DNA of 63,400 nt, filler included, from Octopus bimaculoides (taxonomy: Eukaryota), in NCBI RefSeq assembly GCF_001194135.2. It is 5 parts of 4 records of this genome, joined end to end, with 100 filler letters (N's around TTAATTAATTAA, not from the genome) between each part and the next. Parts side by side here need not be neighbours in the genome. Positions count along the whole stretch, not along the records: positions 1 to 21,145 come from NC_068981.1; 4 more parts are not named here. One strand, 5' to 3'. Below are positions 1 through 11,130 of the stretch, one piece after another. Position 1 is the first letter of the stretch. Every line of letters starts with the position of its first letter. Under the pieces are notes generated by a model. It ran no database searches. It was not told where the DNA came from and saw nothing but the letters and a program-made list of their open reading frames with translations. The position numbers were made by a program, and so were the translations under genes.

Positions 1-44
<44 letters not shown>

Positions 45-49
45 ACAGG

Positions 50-87
<38 letters not shown>

Positions 88-270
88 CATATATATGTAC
101 ATACATATGCATATAGATACACATATACACATATATATACATATGCATATACATATACATATATACACACATATATGCACATATGCATATATGTACACAT
201 ATATACATATATATACACATACACCCACACCCACATATATATATATATACATATATACACAACTATATAC
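1..270. repeat. Compound (TA)n/(TACA)n microsatellite
   Basis: Direct dinucleotide and tetranucleotide repetition; it produces the YIYI-type spurious ORFs. Confidence 0.95.
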
Positions 271-329
271 CTATAGGGGGTTCCTATAAGGTTGTTATCC
301 ACGCCTGATTGGAACTCTCTCGTATGACA

Positions 330-823
330 TGTACGCATGCTCAGTGACTTGCTTTAACAGTTGCAATCAGCTGAATGCACATTGCCAGTGACCTTTGACA
401 TGATTACCCACACTCTGTGGTCAGGATTCTTTTTTTGGTTTGATGTCGGTATTAAAGGGATTACCAGACACCGGACAATACAGTGAGAGCAGCTTTCACT
501 CACATCGTGGTATTCGATGCTGTGTACGTGTCTGTCGTGGTAAAATATGCCATTCCTTAACTGTTGCTTTGCTTTCATCCATAGCACGAGGTAATTATGT
601 CATTATCTGTGAAATTCGGCAACTTACGAAGATCTTTAGATCAGGCAATACTTCACCGAGAGGAGATATAAGCTTCAGCTTATTCCTGTCTGAAGTATCG
701 TCCGATACTTCAGACTTATCGTCCGATGAATTCACTTTGTTGACATTCTTCATCGACAGAATTTTTATTCCTTTCAACCTTTCAGTCAAGTCCGCCTTTC
801 TTCCAGTAACATACTGTCCATAT
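330..823 (-). pseudogene. Degenerate SWIM zinc-finger protein fragment, probably the accessory ORF (SWIM-PHD-YqaJ type) of an ISL2EU/Kolobok-like DNA transposon
   Basis: The minus strand reads, with frameshifts, LPNFTDNDI..YLVLWMKAKQQLRNGIFYHDRHVHSIEYHDVSESCSHCIVRCLVIP..KKNPDHRVWVIMSKVTGNVHSADCNC. The ending H-x-VW..G-x-VHSA-x-CxC matches the start of a SWIM finger. The 5' side runs into an N gap. Confidence 0.55.
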
Positions 824-1389
824 CNNNNNNNNNNNNNNNNNNNNNNNNNNNNNNNNNNNNNNNNNNNNNNNNNNNNNNNNNNNNNNNNNNNNNNNNNNNN
901 NNNNNNNNNNNNNNNNNNNNNNNNNNNNNNNNNNNNNNNNNNNNNNNNNNNNNNNNNNNNNNNNNNNNNNNNNNNNNNNNNNNNNNNNNNNNNNNNNNNN
1001 NNNNNNNNNNNNNNNNNNNNNNNNNNNNNNNNNNNNNNNNNNNNNNNNNNNNNNNNNNNNNNNNNNNNNNNNNNNNNNNNNNNNNNNNNNNNNNNNNNNN
1101 NNNNNNNNNNNNNNNNNNNNNNNNNNNNNNNNNNNNNNNNNNNNNNNNNNNNNNNNNNNNNNNNNNNNNNNNNNNNNNNNNNNNNNNNNNNNNNNNNNNN
1201 NNNNNNNNNNNNNNNNNNNNNNNNNNNNNNNNNNNNNNNNNNNNNNNNNNNNNNNNNNNNNNNNNNNNNNNNNNNNNNNNNNNNNNNNNNNNNNNNNNNN
1301 NNNNNNNNTATACATATATTTATATAAATTATTCAGCGCTGGTAACAGTAAGTGTATCTTAAGCTTATGGAGTATCTTAAACTTATATG

Positions 1390-2690
1390 CAGTTGATAAG
1401 GACGTTTACAAGCGTCTAATTTCGAATAGCATCACAGATACATACAAAAAAGATAACACAAATTTATACAAAGAGGTGAATTGTGTACGCTTATAGGAGC
1501 TTACGTTTTGCACAATCTAAAACTAGAATTTCCGTTTATAGTTTTAGGATTGTATAGGGATGATGGCCTTATAGTCACTCATAATTTAAACGGTCATGAA
1601 TTAGATAAGTTTAGGCAGGATCTAATCGCTTTCTTCCAAAGGATAAGCTTGCGGATTACAATAGATACTAACCTCAAAAAAGTAGATTTCTTAGCTGTAA
1701 ATTTAGATTTGAATTCAGATATATTTAAACCTTACCGTAAGCCTAATGATAAACTATCCTATATTAGCAGAGAATCCAACCATCCGCCAGTTATTCTTAG
1801 AAACTTAGTTAGTAATGTAGGTAGGCGAATATCGTCAATTTTTGCAGATGAGGCAACATTCCAAAACACAGCACCTTATTAGAATAGTGCTTTAAAGAAT
1901 AGTGGATTCTCTGAGTGGATCCAGTATACCCAGTCTAATGCTAGCAGCAACGCAGCGCACAGAACTAGGACTAGGAAAGTTTTGTGGTTCAACCCAGCTT
2001 TCAATAATGGCCATAAGAACTAATATAGGTAAGGAATTTTTTAAATTAGGCACTTTCAACCTGACCAAAAGTTTTATAGAATATTCAGTAGAAGAACGCT
2101 TAAGATCAGTTATTCTTGCTGCAAAAACTTCGCCTCTTTGATTAGCCAGCACAAGATAATTGCCAAAAGCCATAATGCCGACTCTTTTCCAAAAAGCTGC
2201 AATTGCAAAGATGGAACCTTCTGTCCGTTGGAAGGGAGATGTCTAGAAAAAGGTATCATGTATAGAGCCAAAGTCCAGATAGAAGGCTCATACGATTATA
2301 GAACTTATACAGGGGCTACGGAAAATTCAATCAAAACCAGGCTTTATTCACACAAAAATTCTTTCGGAGACCCCGAAAATAGGACAAAGACTAGCCTGGC
2401 AAAATACGTCTGGCAAAATACATCTGGCAAAATACGTCTGGCAATTAAAAGAAAACGAGGCCCGACCTTTCTACGTGACATGGAGGATTTTAGGTAGAGC
2501 ATCACCTTACAGGCACGATGCCCATAAAAGACCAATTAAATGCGAGTTGTGTTTGTTAGAAAAATTCCATATCTTATCCCAAGATAAGAAAGCTCTGAAC
2601 CAACGACGCGAACTTTTAAATTCATGTAGACACTCGTCTAAATTTAAAATGTCAGTGAATAACATACCATATGGGTAGTTGACTCCTCGA
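1390..2690 (+). mobile_element. Penelope-like retroelement (PLE), internally deleted: RT C-terminal half, thumb and C-terminal GIY-YIG endonuclease
   Basis: RT motifs GELCTLIGAY, GLYRDDGL, KVDFLAVNLDL, KPYRKPND and SNHPP. Thumb motifs RKVLWFNP, RTNIGKEFF and LKISYSC. Cys linker CNCKDGTFCPLEGRCL. Endonuclease motifs IMYRA..TYTGATE..KTRLYSH, SLAKYVW, CELCLLEK and LNQRRELLNSCRH. Broken by stops and frameshifts. Confidence 0.9.
2396..2444 (+). repeat. 14-bp unit (CTGGCAAAATACRT) x3.5 inside the PLE endonuclease
   Basis: Units lie at 2396-2409, 2410-2423, 2424-2437, with a partial unit at 2438-2444. Removing 28 bp restores LAKYVWQLKENEARPFYVTWRILG. Confidence 0.9.
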
Positions 2691-3889
2691 AACCATTGTG
2701 TAATCTCACTATTGCATTTGTACCGCATTATACATGATTTATTTCATGTTGCAAGAATATTGTATACATCCCTACGTCTTTTTAAGAAGGCCTTCGACTG
2801 TTATATGCATAGTTTTTCCTTTCTCTTGTTTTACTTTACTTTATTCTATTTTATTTGTATTTATTTAAAAATACTTTGTAAACAAATTTAACCGTTTTTA
2901 TGGCTGGTTTGATATATGGAATTCTATTATGTATGTATTTTTGCCCAATTTTAGCATTTATACACCCAGCAATTTCTTTAAAAGTTGTCTACATATATAC
3001 GTTGAGACCTAAAAGTCTTTTCATGTGGATGTCTGTATTGTAGCAATGCATATGTATTCGTATGTGTGCGTCTTTGTGCATGTATGAGTAAGAGTGTATG
3101 CTTATATTTACACATACATACATTTATTCATGTATGTGTGTGCGTCTATGTTATATGTGAGAATGTGTGCTCAGGTTTACGCACATGCATACTTGAATGT
3201 GTGCATACGCACGTATAGTTATGTTTGTGTGGATTTGCATACATATCCCTATATATCCGTATACATGATGTTAATATAGATTTTTGTGTACACATATATA
3301 CGTAATCCAATTTTGTGTACGTTTGTTATATATGCTACACNNNNNNNNNNNNNNNNNNNNNNNNNNNNNNNNNNNNNNNNNNNNNNNNNNNNNNNNNNNN
3401 NNNNNNNNNNNNNNNNNNNNNNNNNNNNNNNNNNNNNNNNNNNNNNNNNNNNNNNNNNNNNNNNNNNNNNNNNNNNNNNNNNNNNNNNNNNNNNNNNNNN
3501 NNNNNNNNNNNNNNNNNNNNNNNNNNNNNNNNNNNNNNNNNNNNNNNNNNNNNNNNNNNNNNNNNNNNNNNNNNNNNNNNNNNNNNNNNNNNNNNNNNNN
3601 NNNNNNNNNNNNNNNNNNNNNNNNNNNNNNNNNNNNNNNNNNNNNNNNNNNNNNNNNNNNNNNNNNNNNNNNNNNNNNNNNNNNNNNNNNNNNNNNNNNN
3701 NNNNNNNNNNNNNNNNNNNNNNNNNNNNNNNNNNNNNNNNNNNNNNNNNNNNNNNNNNNNNNNNNNNNNNNNNNNNNNNNNNNNNNNNNNNNNNNNNNNN
3801 NNNNNNNNNNNNNNNNNNNNNNNNNNNNNNNNNNNNNNNNNNNNNNNNNNNNNNNNNNNNNNNNNNNNNNNNNNNNNNNNNNNNNNATA

Positions 3890-3920
<31 letters not shown>

Positions 3921-4200
3921 TCTGTTGTGTCTGGGGAGAGTCATTCTCTTTTAGTGCTTTATAATTTAACACACTCACTGGCAAAATTTTTACTTGTTTC
4001 TTTTCTATTTTTCATTTTTCTAAAATTAGACTGGAGTCTTGCAACCTTTTCAAAACATTTGCCTCTCAAAACTATTGAAAAGGTTGTAAGATGCAATGAA
4101 AATTTTAGAAAAATAAAAAAGAAATGAGTGAAAATTTTACCAGTGAGTATGTTAAATTATAAGGCACAAAAAGACAATGACTCTCCCCAGAAACTACACA
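3921..4200. mobile_element. Foldback (near fully palindromic) MITE-like element
   Basis: The left arm CTGGGGAGAGTCATTCTCTTTTAGTGCTTTATAATTTAACACACTCACTGG matches the reverse complement of the right arm CCAGTGAGTATGTTAAATTATAAGGCACAAAAAGACAATGACTCTCCCCAG. The inner TCTTGCAACCTTTTCAA / TTGAAAAGGTTGTAAGA is also inverted. Confidence 0.85.
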
Positions 4201-4361
4201 ATATGTTTCAACATCCCAACTCACATAAAGAGTGTTGCAAACCAAATCCAAAATCGAAATATACATAAATATAGATACATATATATGCATAAATACATAT
4301 ACATACATACATATACATGTATATATACATATGCATACGTACATATACATAAGTATATGTA

Positions 4362-4398
<37 letters not shown>

Positions 4399-5099
4399 NN
4401 NNNNNNNNNNNNNNNNNNNNNNNNNNNNNNNNNNNNNNNNNNNNNNNNNNNNNNNNNNNNNNNNNNNNNNNNNNNNNNNNNNNNNNNNNNNNNNNNNNCG
4501 TGCAGTTACTGTTAATACCTCGTTCAGAGATTTAACATATATATAAATGGAAAATGGGCGATTGTTGTATTCTTTCTTGTCTTGAGCTTCACAGCCAAAT
4601 GGCTCGGTGGATTCGAATGAAAAATGGCACACGTGGAGACGGATGCATAGATTGGAATGCAGTTTGTATTTTTTCCAAGCCCCCATAGTTACCGAGAAAA
4701 TTTATTAAAACTTTTTCTAATGGAATTCCCCCACCATTAACAAAACCAGTTGCTCACACAGTCGACATATACCATTTCGCTAGCAGCAAGTGGAATATAG
4801 GATGACAGTCAGCCAAAGCCATACATACATACATACATACATAACCTCTCCCTCCTTTTCTCTGTCAGTAACTCACACATTCACTCTCTACAAAAAAGTG
4901 AATAACAAAATTTCAGTTAAATCCCTCTCGGTCATACATAGATACATACATACATACATAACAACCTGTGTGCATGTGTGTATGTGTATCACTGAAACCA
5001 TTCATACATACATACAAAACGTCTCTTTCTCTCTCTCGCTTTTTCTCTGTCAATCACACACTACAAAAACTGGAATAAAAAATTTCAGTTATCTCTGTT

Positions 5100-5134
<35 letters not shown>

Positions 5135-6463
5135 GTTTCACATACACACACACCAGCAACATTACTCTCTCTGTCTCTTCACACACACTAACAAAAGAAA
5201 TTCACATACACACCACACATTCTTTCTCACATACCCCATCACACACACGCACACTCGCACATCAATTCTTCCACTTCACGCCAACTCCAAAAGAACTTCA
5301 CTCATACAATCACACTCTCTCTGTCTGTTTTGCTTTCACGCCGACTTCAAAAGATCTCCTTTCCACCCAACCCCATATTAATAAAATTAATTTTTTTTTA
5401 CGGAAACCGACAATCATCTTCAAAGATGTAAATAAACACACGTGGTTTATAAGTGGTTTGTAAGTGACAGTCATATGTTCCCATATCGAAAGATCGCCCA
5501 ATGTTTTAATGATTAGACAGAGGTTCAATAGGATACCTCTCAGAAACCGACTACGTACAAATTCGTTCTTCACAACCCCTGAAGCNNNNNNNNNNNNNNN
5601 NNNNNNNNNNNNNNNNNNNNNNNNNNNNNNNNNNNNNNNNNNNNNNNNNNNNNNNNNNNNNNNNNNNNNNNNNNNNNNNNNNNNNNNNNNNNNNNNNNNN
5701 NNNNNNNNNNNNNNNNNNNNNNNNNNNNNNNNNNNNNNNNNNNNNNNNNNNNNNNNNNNNNNNNNNNNNNNNNNNNNNNNNNNNNNNNNNNNNNNNNNNN
5801 NNNNNNNNNNNNNNNNNNNNNNNNNNNNNNNNNNNNNNNNNNNNNNNNNNNNNNNNNNNNNNNNNNNNNNNNNNNNNNNNNNNNNNNNNNNNNNNNNNNN
5901 NNNNNNNNNNNNNNNNNNNNNNNNNNNNNNNNNNNNNNNNNNNNNNNNNNNNNNNNNNNNNNNNNNNNNNNNNNNNNNNNNNNNNNNNNNNNNNNNNNNN
6001 NNNNNNNNNNNNNNNNNNNNNNNNNNNNNNNNNNNNNNNNNNNNNNNNNNNNNNNNNNNNNNNNNNNNNNNNNNNNNNNNNNNNNNNNNNNNNNNNNNNN
6101 NNNNNNNNNNNNNNNNNNNNNNNNNNNNNNNNNNNNNNNNNNNNNNNNNNNNNNNNNNNNNNNNNNNNNNNNNNNNNNNNNNNNNNNNNNNNNNNNNNNN
6201 NNNNNNNNNNNNNNNNNNNNNNNNNNNNNNNNNNNNNNNNNNNNNNNNNNNNNNNNNNNNNNNNNNNNNNNNNNNNNNNNNNNNNNNNNNNNNNNNNNNN
6301 NNNNNNNNNNNNNNNNNNNNNNNNNNNNNNNNNNNNNNNNNNNNNNNNNNNNNNNNNNNNNNNNNNNNNNNNNNNNNNNNNNNNNNNNNNNNNNNNNNNN
6401 NNNNNNNNNNNNNNNNNNNNNNNNNNNNNNNNNNNNNNNNNNNNNNNNNNNNNNNNNNNNNNN

Positions 6464-6541
<78 letters not shown>

Positions 6542-6677
6542 TATACACATATATACACATATGTATACACACATATATATACATATATATACATATATAT
6601 ATACACATATACATACATATATATACATATATATATACACATATACATATATATGCATATGTACATATATATACACA

Positions 6678-6720
<43 letters not shown>

Positions 6721-6722
<2 letters not shown>

Positions 6723-9210
6723 GTGATGTCGTAGGAAAGAAATTTGTCTGCATGGATGATGGTTCACTTGCACTAAATGAGGCTGCAAAGAAAGAGGTTT
6801 GAAGACGCCGCTATGAAAGGTTGCTCAATAAAGAAAATGAATGGGAGAAAGAAAGTCTACCGAATGTCAACCCAACAAAGGGACCAGCTATCCGAGTTGA
6901 CAGTATCTTGGTAGATAAAGCAATTAAGAGTGAAGACATGGAAAGCCCCTGGCCCACACGGAATAACTGCAGAGATGCTCAAAATATCTGGCAGTCGGCT
7001 ATAGCCTAGTCACCCGTATAGTTAACCAGGTGATACACGAAGGAGTCATACCAAATGACTGGTTTAGCAGCACCATAGTCAACTGCTACAAAAGTAAAGG
7101 TGATGCATTAGATACAAATAATTAGAGGTATCAAGTTGTTGGATCAGGTAATGAAAGTGACAGAGAGGATCATAGCCCAACTAATTAGGGAGAGAGTCAG
7201 TTTAGATGATATGCAGTTTGGGTTCCTGCTAGGGAAAAGCACCACTGATGCTATATTTCTGGTAAGAAATACCTAGCCAAAGATAAACCTCTGTACCTAG
7301 CTTTCATTGACATTGAGAAAGCCTTTGACAGGATCCCCCAATCCCTTATCTGGTGGTCAATGAGGAAACTTGGGATAGATGAATGGTTAATGAGAGCTGT
7401 GCAAGCTATGTATAGGGATGCTGTCAGTAAGCTGAGGGTTGGCATCGAGTACAGTGAAGAATTCTGGGTAGAGGTAGGGGTCCATTAAGGTTCAGTCCTC
7501 AGCCCTTTCCTATTTATCACAATCCTCCAGGCAATAACAGAGGAATTCAAGACAGGATGCCCCTGGGAGCTCCTCTATGCTGATGACCTTGCTCAAATTG
7601 CTGAGTCACTATCAGAACTAGAGGAGAAGTTTCAGGTGTGGAACCAAGGATTAGAATCAAAGGGCCTCAGAGTCAACCTAGCTAAAACCAAAGTTCTAAT
7701 AAGTAGGAAGGCAGACAAACCACAAACCCCTTCAGGTAGATGACCCTGCTCGACCTGTAGAAAAGGCGTAGGTAGAAACTCTATTAGATGTACCCAGTGT
7801 AAGCTATGCGCACATAGAAGGTGCAGCAATATCAAAGGAAAGTTAACTGGGAAGATAGTCTTTTGTATGTGGCAGATGTTCAGGAGCAATAAACACTGAA
7901 AATGTGCAGAAAACAACTTTTGCCACATTCCAGGGAGAAAAACTAGAAGTAGTTGATAGCTTCCGCTATCTAGGTGACCAAGTTAGTAGTGGGGGAGGGT
8001 GCACTGAAAGTGTATCTGCTAGAATAAGAATAGCCTGGGCAAAGTTCAGAGAGCTCTTACTTCTGCTGGTGGCAAATGGTGGCTCAGAGTAAAAGGCAGA
8101 CTGCATGACGCATGTGTACGAACAGCCATGCTACATGGCAGTGAAACATGGGCCGTGACTGCTGAGGACATGAGTAAGCTCACAAGAAATGAAGCCAGTA
8201 TGCTCCGCTGGATGTGTAATGTCAGTGTGCATACTCAACAGAGTGTAAGTACCTTGAGAGAAAAGTTGGACCTAAGAAGCATCAGTTGTAGTGTGCAAGA
8301 GAGACAATTGCGCTGGTATGGTCATGCGGTGAGAATGGATAAGGTTAGCTGTGTGAAAAAGTGCCACAACCTAGCAGTTGAGGGAACCTGTCGAAGAGGT
8401 AGACCCAGGAAATACCTGGGATGAGGTGGTGAAACACGAACTTCCAACATTAAGCCTGCCCGAGGAAATGATTAGTGACCGAGACCTTTGGAAATATGCT
8501 GCGTGTGAGAAGACCCAGCAAGCCAGGTGAGACCATAACTCATGGCCTTTGCCAGGGGTGTAGCCAGCCCACTTATGCATATCTTTCCTTCACTGGACAC
8601 TAAAACCTGCTTACGAAGACCTGTTGAGGCAAGTGAAATCGAAATTGAACCAAATTCGACAACTGGCACCCATGCCAACCTTTCCTTCATTGGACACTAA
8701 ACTCTGCTTGCGAAGACCTGTTGGGGCAAGTGAAATCGAAATTGAACCAAATTCAATGACTGGCACCCGTGCCAGTGCAGTGCTAACAGCACCGTCCGAG
8801 CGTGATCATTGCCAGAGCAGCTGTCTGGCTTCCATGCCGGTGGCACGTAAATAGCACCATTTGAGCATGATCGTTAAGAGCATCGCCTTACTGGCACTTG
8901 TGCCGGCGGCACGTGTAAAAATATTTGAGCAAGGTCATTGCCAGTACCGTTGGACTGGATCCTGTGCAGGTAGCAAGTAAAAAACACCATTTAAGTGTGG
9001 CCGTTGCCAGTACTGCCTGTCTAGCCTTCGTGCCAGTGGCACGTAAAAGCACCCACTACACTCTTGGAGTGGTTGGCATTAGGAAGGGCATCCAGCTGCA
9101 GAAATTATGCCAGATCAGATTGGAGCCTGGTGCAGCCATCTGGTTCGCCAGTCCTCAGTCAAATCATCCAACCCCTGCAAGCATGGAAAGCGGATGTTAA
9201 ATGATGATGA

Positions 9211-9213
<3 letters not shown>
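6721..9213 (+). mobile_element. RTE-clade LINE, 5'-truncated, with decayed ORF (RT, PHD-like insert, C-terminus), long 3' UTR and (ATG)n tail
   Basis: Motifs KAPGP.GITAEML, RGIKLLDQVMKV, QFGF..GKSTTDAIF, LAFIDIEKAFD, GSVLSP.LF, LLYADDL, RVNLAKTK, YLGD, LHGSETW, LRWYGH and RGRPRK. The 3' end reads GGAGTGGTTGGCATTAGGAAGGGCATCCAGC...GTTAAATGATGATGAT. Confidence 0.95.
8583..8776 (+). repeat. 97-bp tandem duplication in the RTE 3' UTR
   Basis: CTTTCCTTCAYTGGACACTAAA...GAAATTGAACCAAATTC...ACTGGCACCC starts at both 8583 and 8680. Confidence 0.9.
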
Positions 9214-9253
<40 letters not shown>

Positions 9254-9413
9254 CATATATATATGCATATATATACATATATATGCATATATACATACCT
9301 ATGCATATATATATACATATATATGCATATAAATATACATATATATGCATATATATAGATACATCGATATGCATATATATATACATCGATATGCATATAT
9401 ATATACATCGATA

Positions 9414-9463
<50 letters not shown>

Positions 9464-9469
9464 TCGATG

Positions 9470-9562
9470 ACAGCACTGCATCACTGGCATCCGTGCTAGT
9501 GGAGCGCTAAGAGCACCATCCGAGTGTGATCATTGCCAGGGCCGCTGACTGGCATCCCCGTG
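9470..9562 (+). mobile_element. Isolated fragment of the RTE 3' UTR
   Basis: ACTGGCATCCGTGCTAGTGG..GCACCATCCGAGTGTGATCATTGCCAG matches 8760-8830. Confidence 0.7.
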
Positions 9563-10379
9563 CAGCTCTTCTTGCCAAGAATGTGCAAGTAGATTCGGAA
9601 TGAGAATAGAGATTACATAAAACAGAGGTTAATGAAAGGTACAATAAAGCATTCAACTATATCAAGCACATGACTGAAAAGGTAATAATTAAATTTTATA
9701 AACACATTAGCAACCAACCCATATTGTGAAGTGCTCTGAAAATACATGTTCAAAACAGTAACCTCACTTTCTAGTCAGTCCCTTAATTCGCACGTGAGTT
9801 AATGGGAAGATGCAGCGAATGGTGAAGAAAGTTGGATCGGTGATCAATGATATAGGAGTTGGAGGGGAGGTAGGAGTGAGTAGGTGGTGACTGGCTGTAC
9901 TGAAAGCGATGAAGAACACTTAAATGTGAATAATAATAATTCAGTAGACAAAGAGTGAATGAAAACAGAGAGGATGATAAGTGAATGAGTAGGGTTGAAT
10001 AGTGTAAGATGAAAGATATATGTAATGTATAGGGAAAGTGAAAGATGTACAGTGAGAGGGGCAAGTTACGAGAAAGAAGTTGAGGCAAGAGAGAGAGAGC
10101 GATAATTTCATAGCACAGAAGCCTGATCAATGAAAAATGTATGTGGAGATGGAAAATGCTAGCAATGAGGGGTGGATATCAAGTAAAGTAGTTCAAGGTA
10201 ATAAGAAAGATAACTGGTATCACAGAAAAGGACGATGAAGTATACAATTCTGCTCTCATTTAATAACAGCAGCAGAATATTGCAGTTATGCATGTGATGG
10301 AGGGATAACTGATAATGTGATGAAGGGGTGATAGGAAAGTAAATTGGCTGAGAGGCCCAGTTTAGCTGACAATGCAGGT

Positions 10380-10795
10380 CTTCTCAAGCACCACAATTTA
10401 CCAATCATTCCAATCCTTTATCATCTCCTCCATGAATTCAAAGTTCAGATATCAGCCTACACTATTATATCCCATGCCTTCCTGCATCTCCCTCTTCCAA
10501 AGCCTTGTCTACATTAAGTGACTGGCATATCTTTATACAGCTGTCCACATGCATTCACTTCACATATCCATATCAGCACAGTCTACTCCCTTGCATACTA
10601 CAACTGATTCTTGTTATGCTCCACATTTCTCTCAACACACTCTACTCCATTATTCATAAACACAGATGCTTCACATCCAACAGAGCATGCTAACTTCATT
10701 TCTTTCTAGTCTAAGGATATCCTCTACATTTAGCACCGATGTCTCACTACCATATGGCACTACAGTTCATACACAATCATCATACAATCTGAGAA
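10380..10795 (-). mobile_element. Old RTE LINE C-terminal fragment
   Basis: The minus strand gives YGSETSVLNVEDILRLERNEVSMLCWM and GRGRCRKAW..., homologous to the RTE at 8130-8500. Confidence 0.75.
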
Positions 10796-10919
10796 AGAAA
10801 TCTATTATTAACAACAGGAATAGCTCACTGATTGTTTTCATCCTTTACCATGCATGACTGGTTCTTGAGGTTTTTTAGTTTAAATTTGAAATCACTAACT
10901 GCTAACCTATGTTAGGTTG

Positions 10920-11090
10920 TACACTCTTCACCAAGAAAGACTTTGCATTTACATCCATTTGCCTAACGTATTTTCAGGTCAGAATGTAAACCTAGCTAGT
11001 GCACCCACCAGATTGATAGGTGATCAAGTAGCTGGTTGGTTTCCTGCCAGGGAATGTAATAATTCATATACTGAGAACTGGGGAACTGGA

Positions 11091-11130
<40 letters not shown>

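Noticed and set aside
8583-9060. Regularly spaced repeats with a palindromic core, superficially CRISPR-like
   Set aside because: The spacers are themselves similar, the array lies in a LINE 3' UTR, the context is eukaryotic, and there are no cas genes.
9783-10130. Possible CR1/Jockey LINE C-terminus on the minus strand
   Set aside because: Only loose resemblance in low-complexity purine-rich DNA, with no diagnostic motif.
10978-11091. Plus-strand exon-like segment (GQNVNLASAPTRLIGDQVAGWFPARECNNSYTENWGTG)
   Set aside because: No recognisable family, a weak donor, and the opposite strand appears to continue the Helitron helicase remnant.
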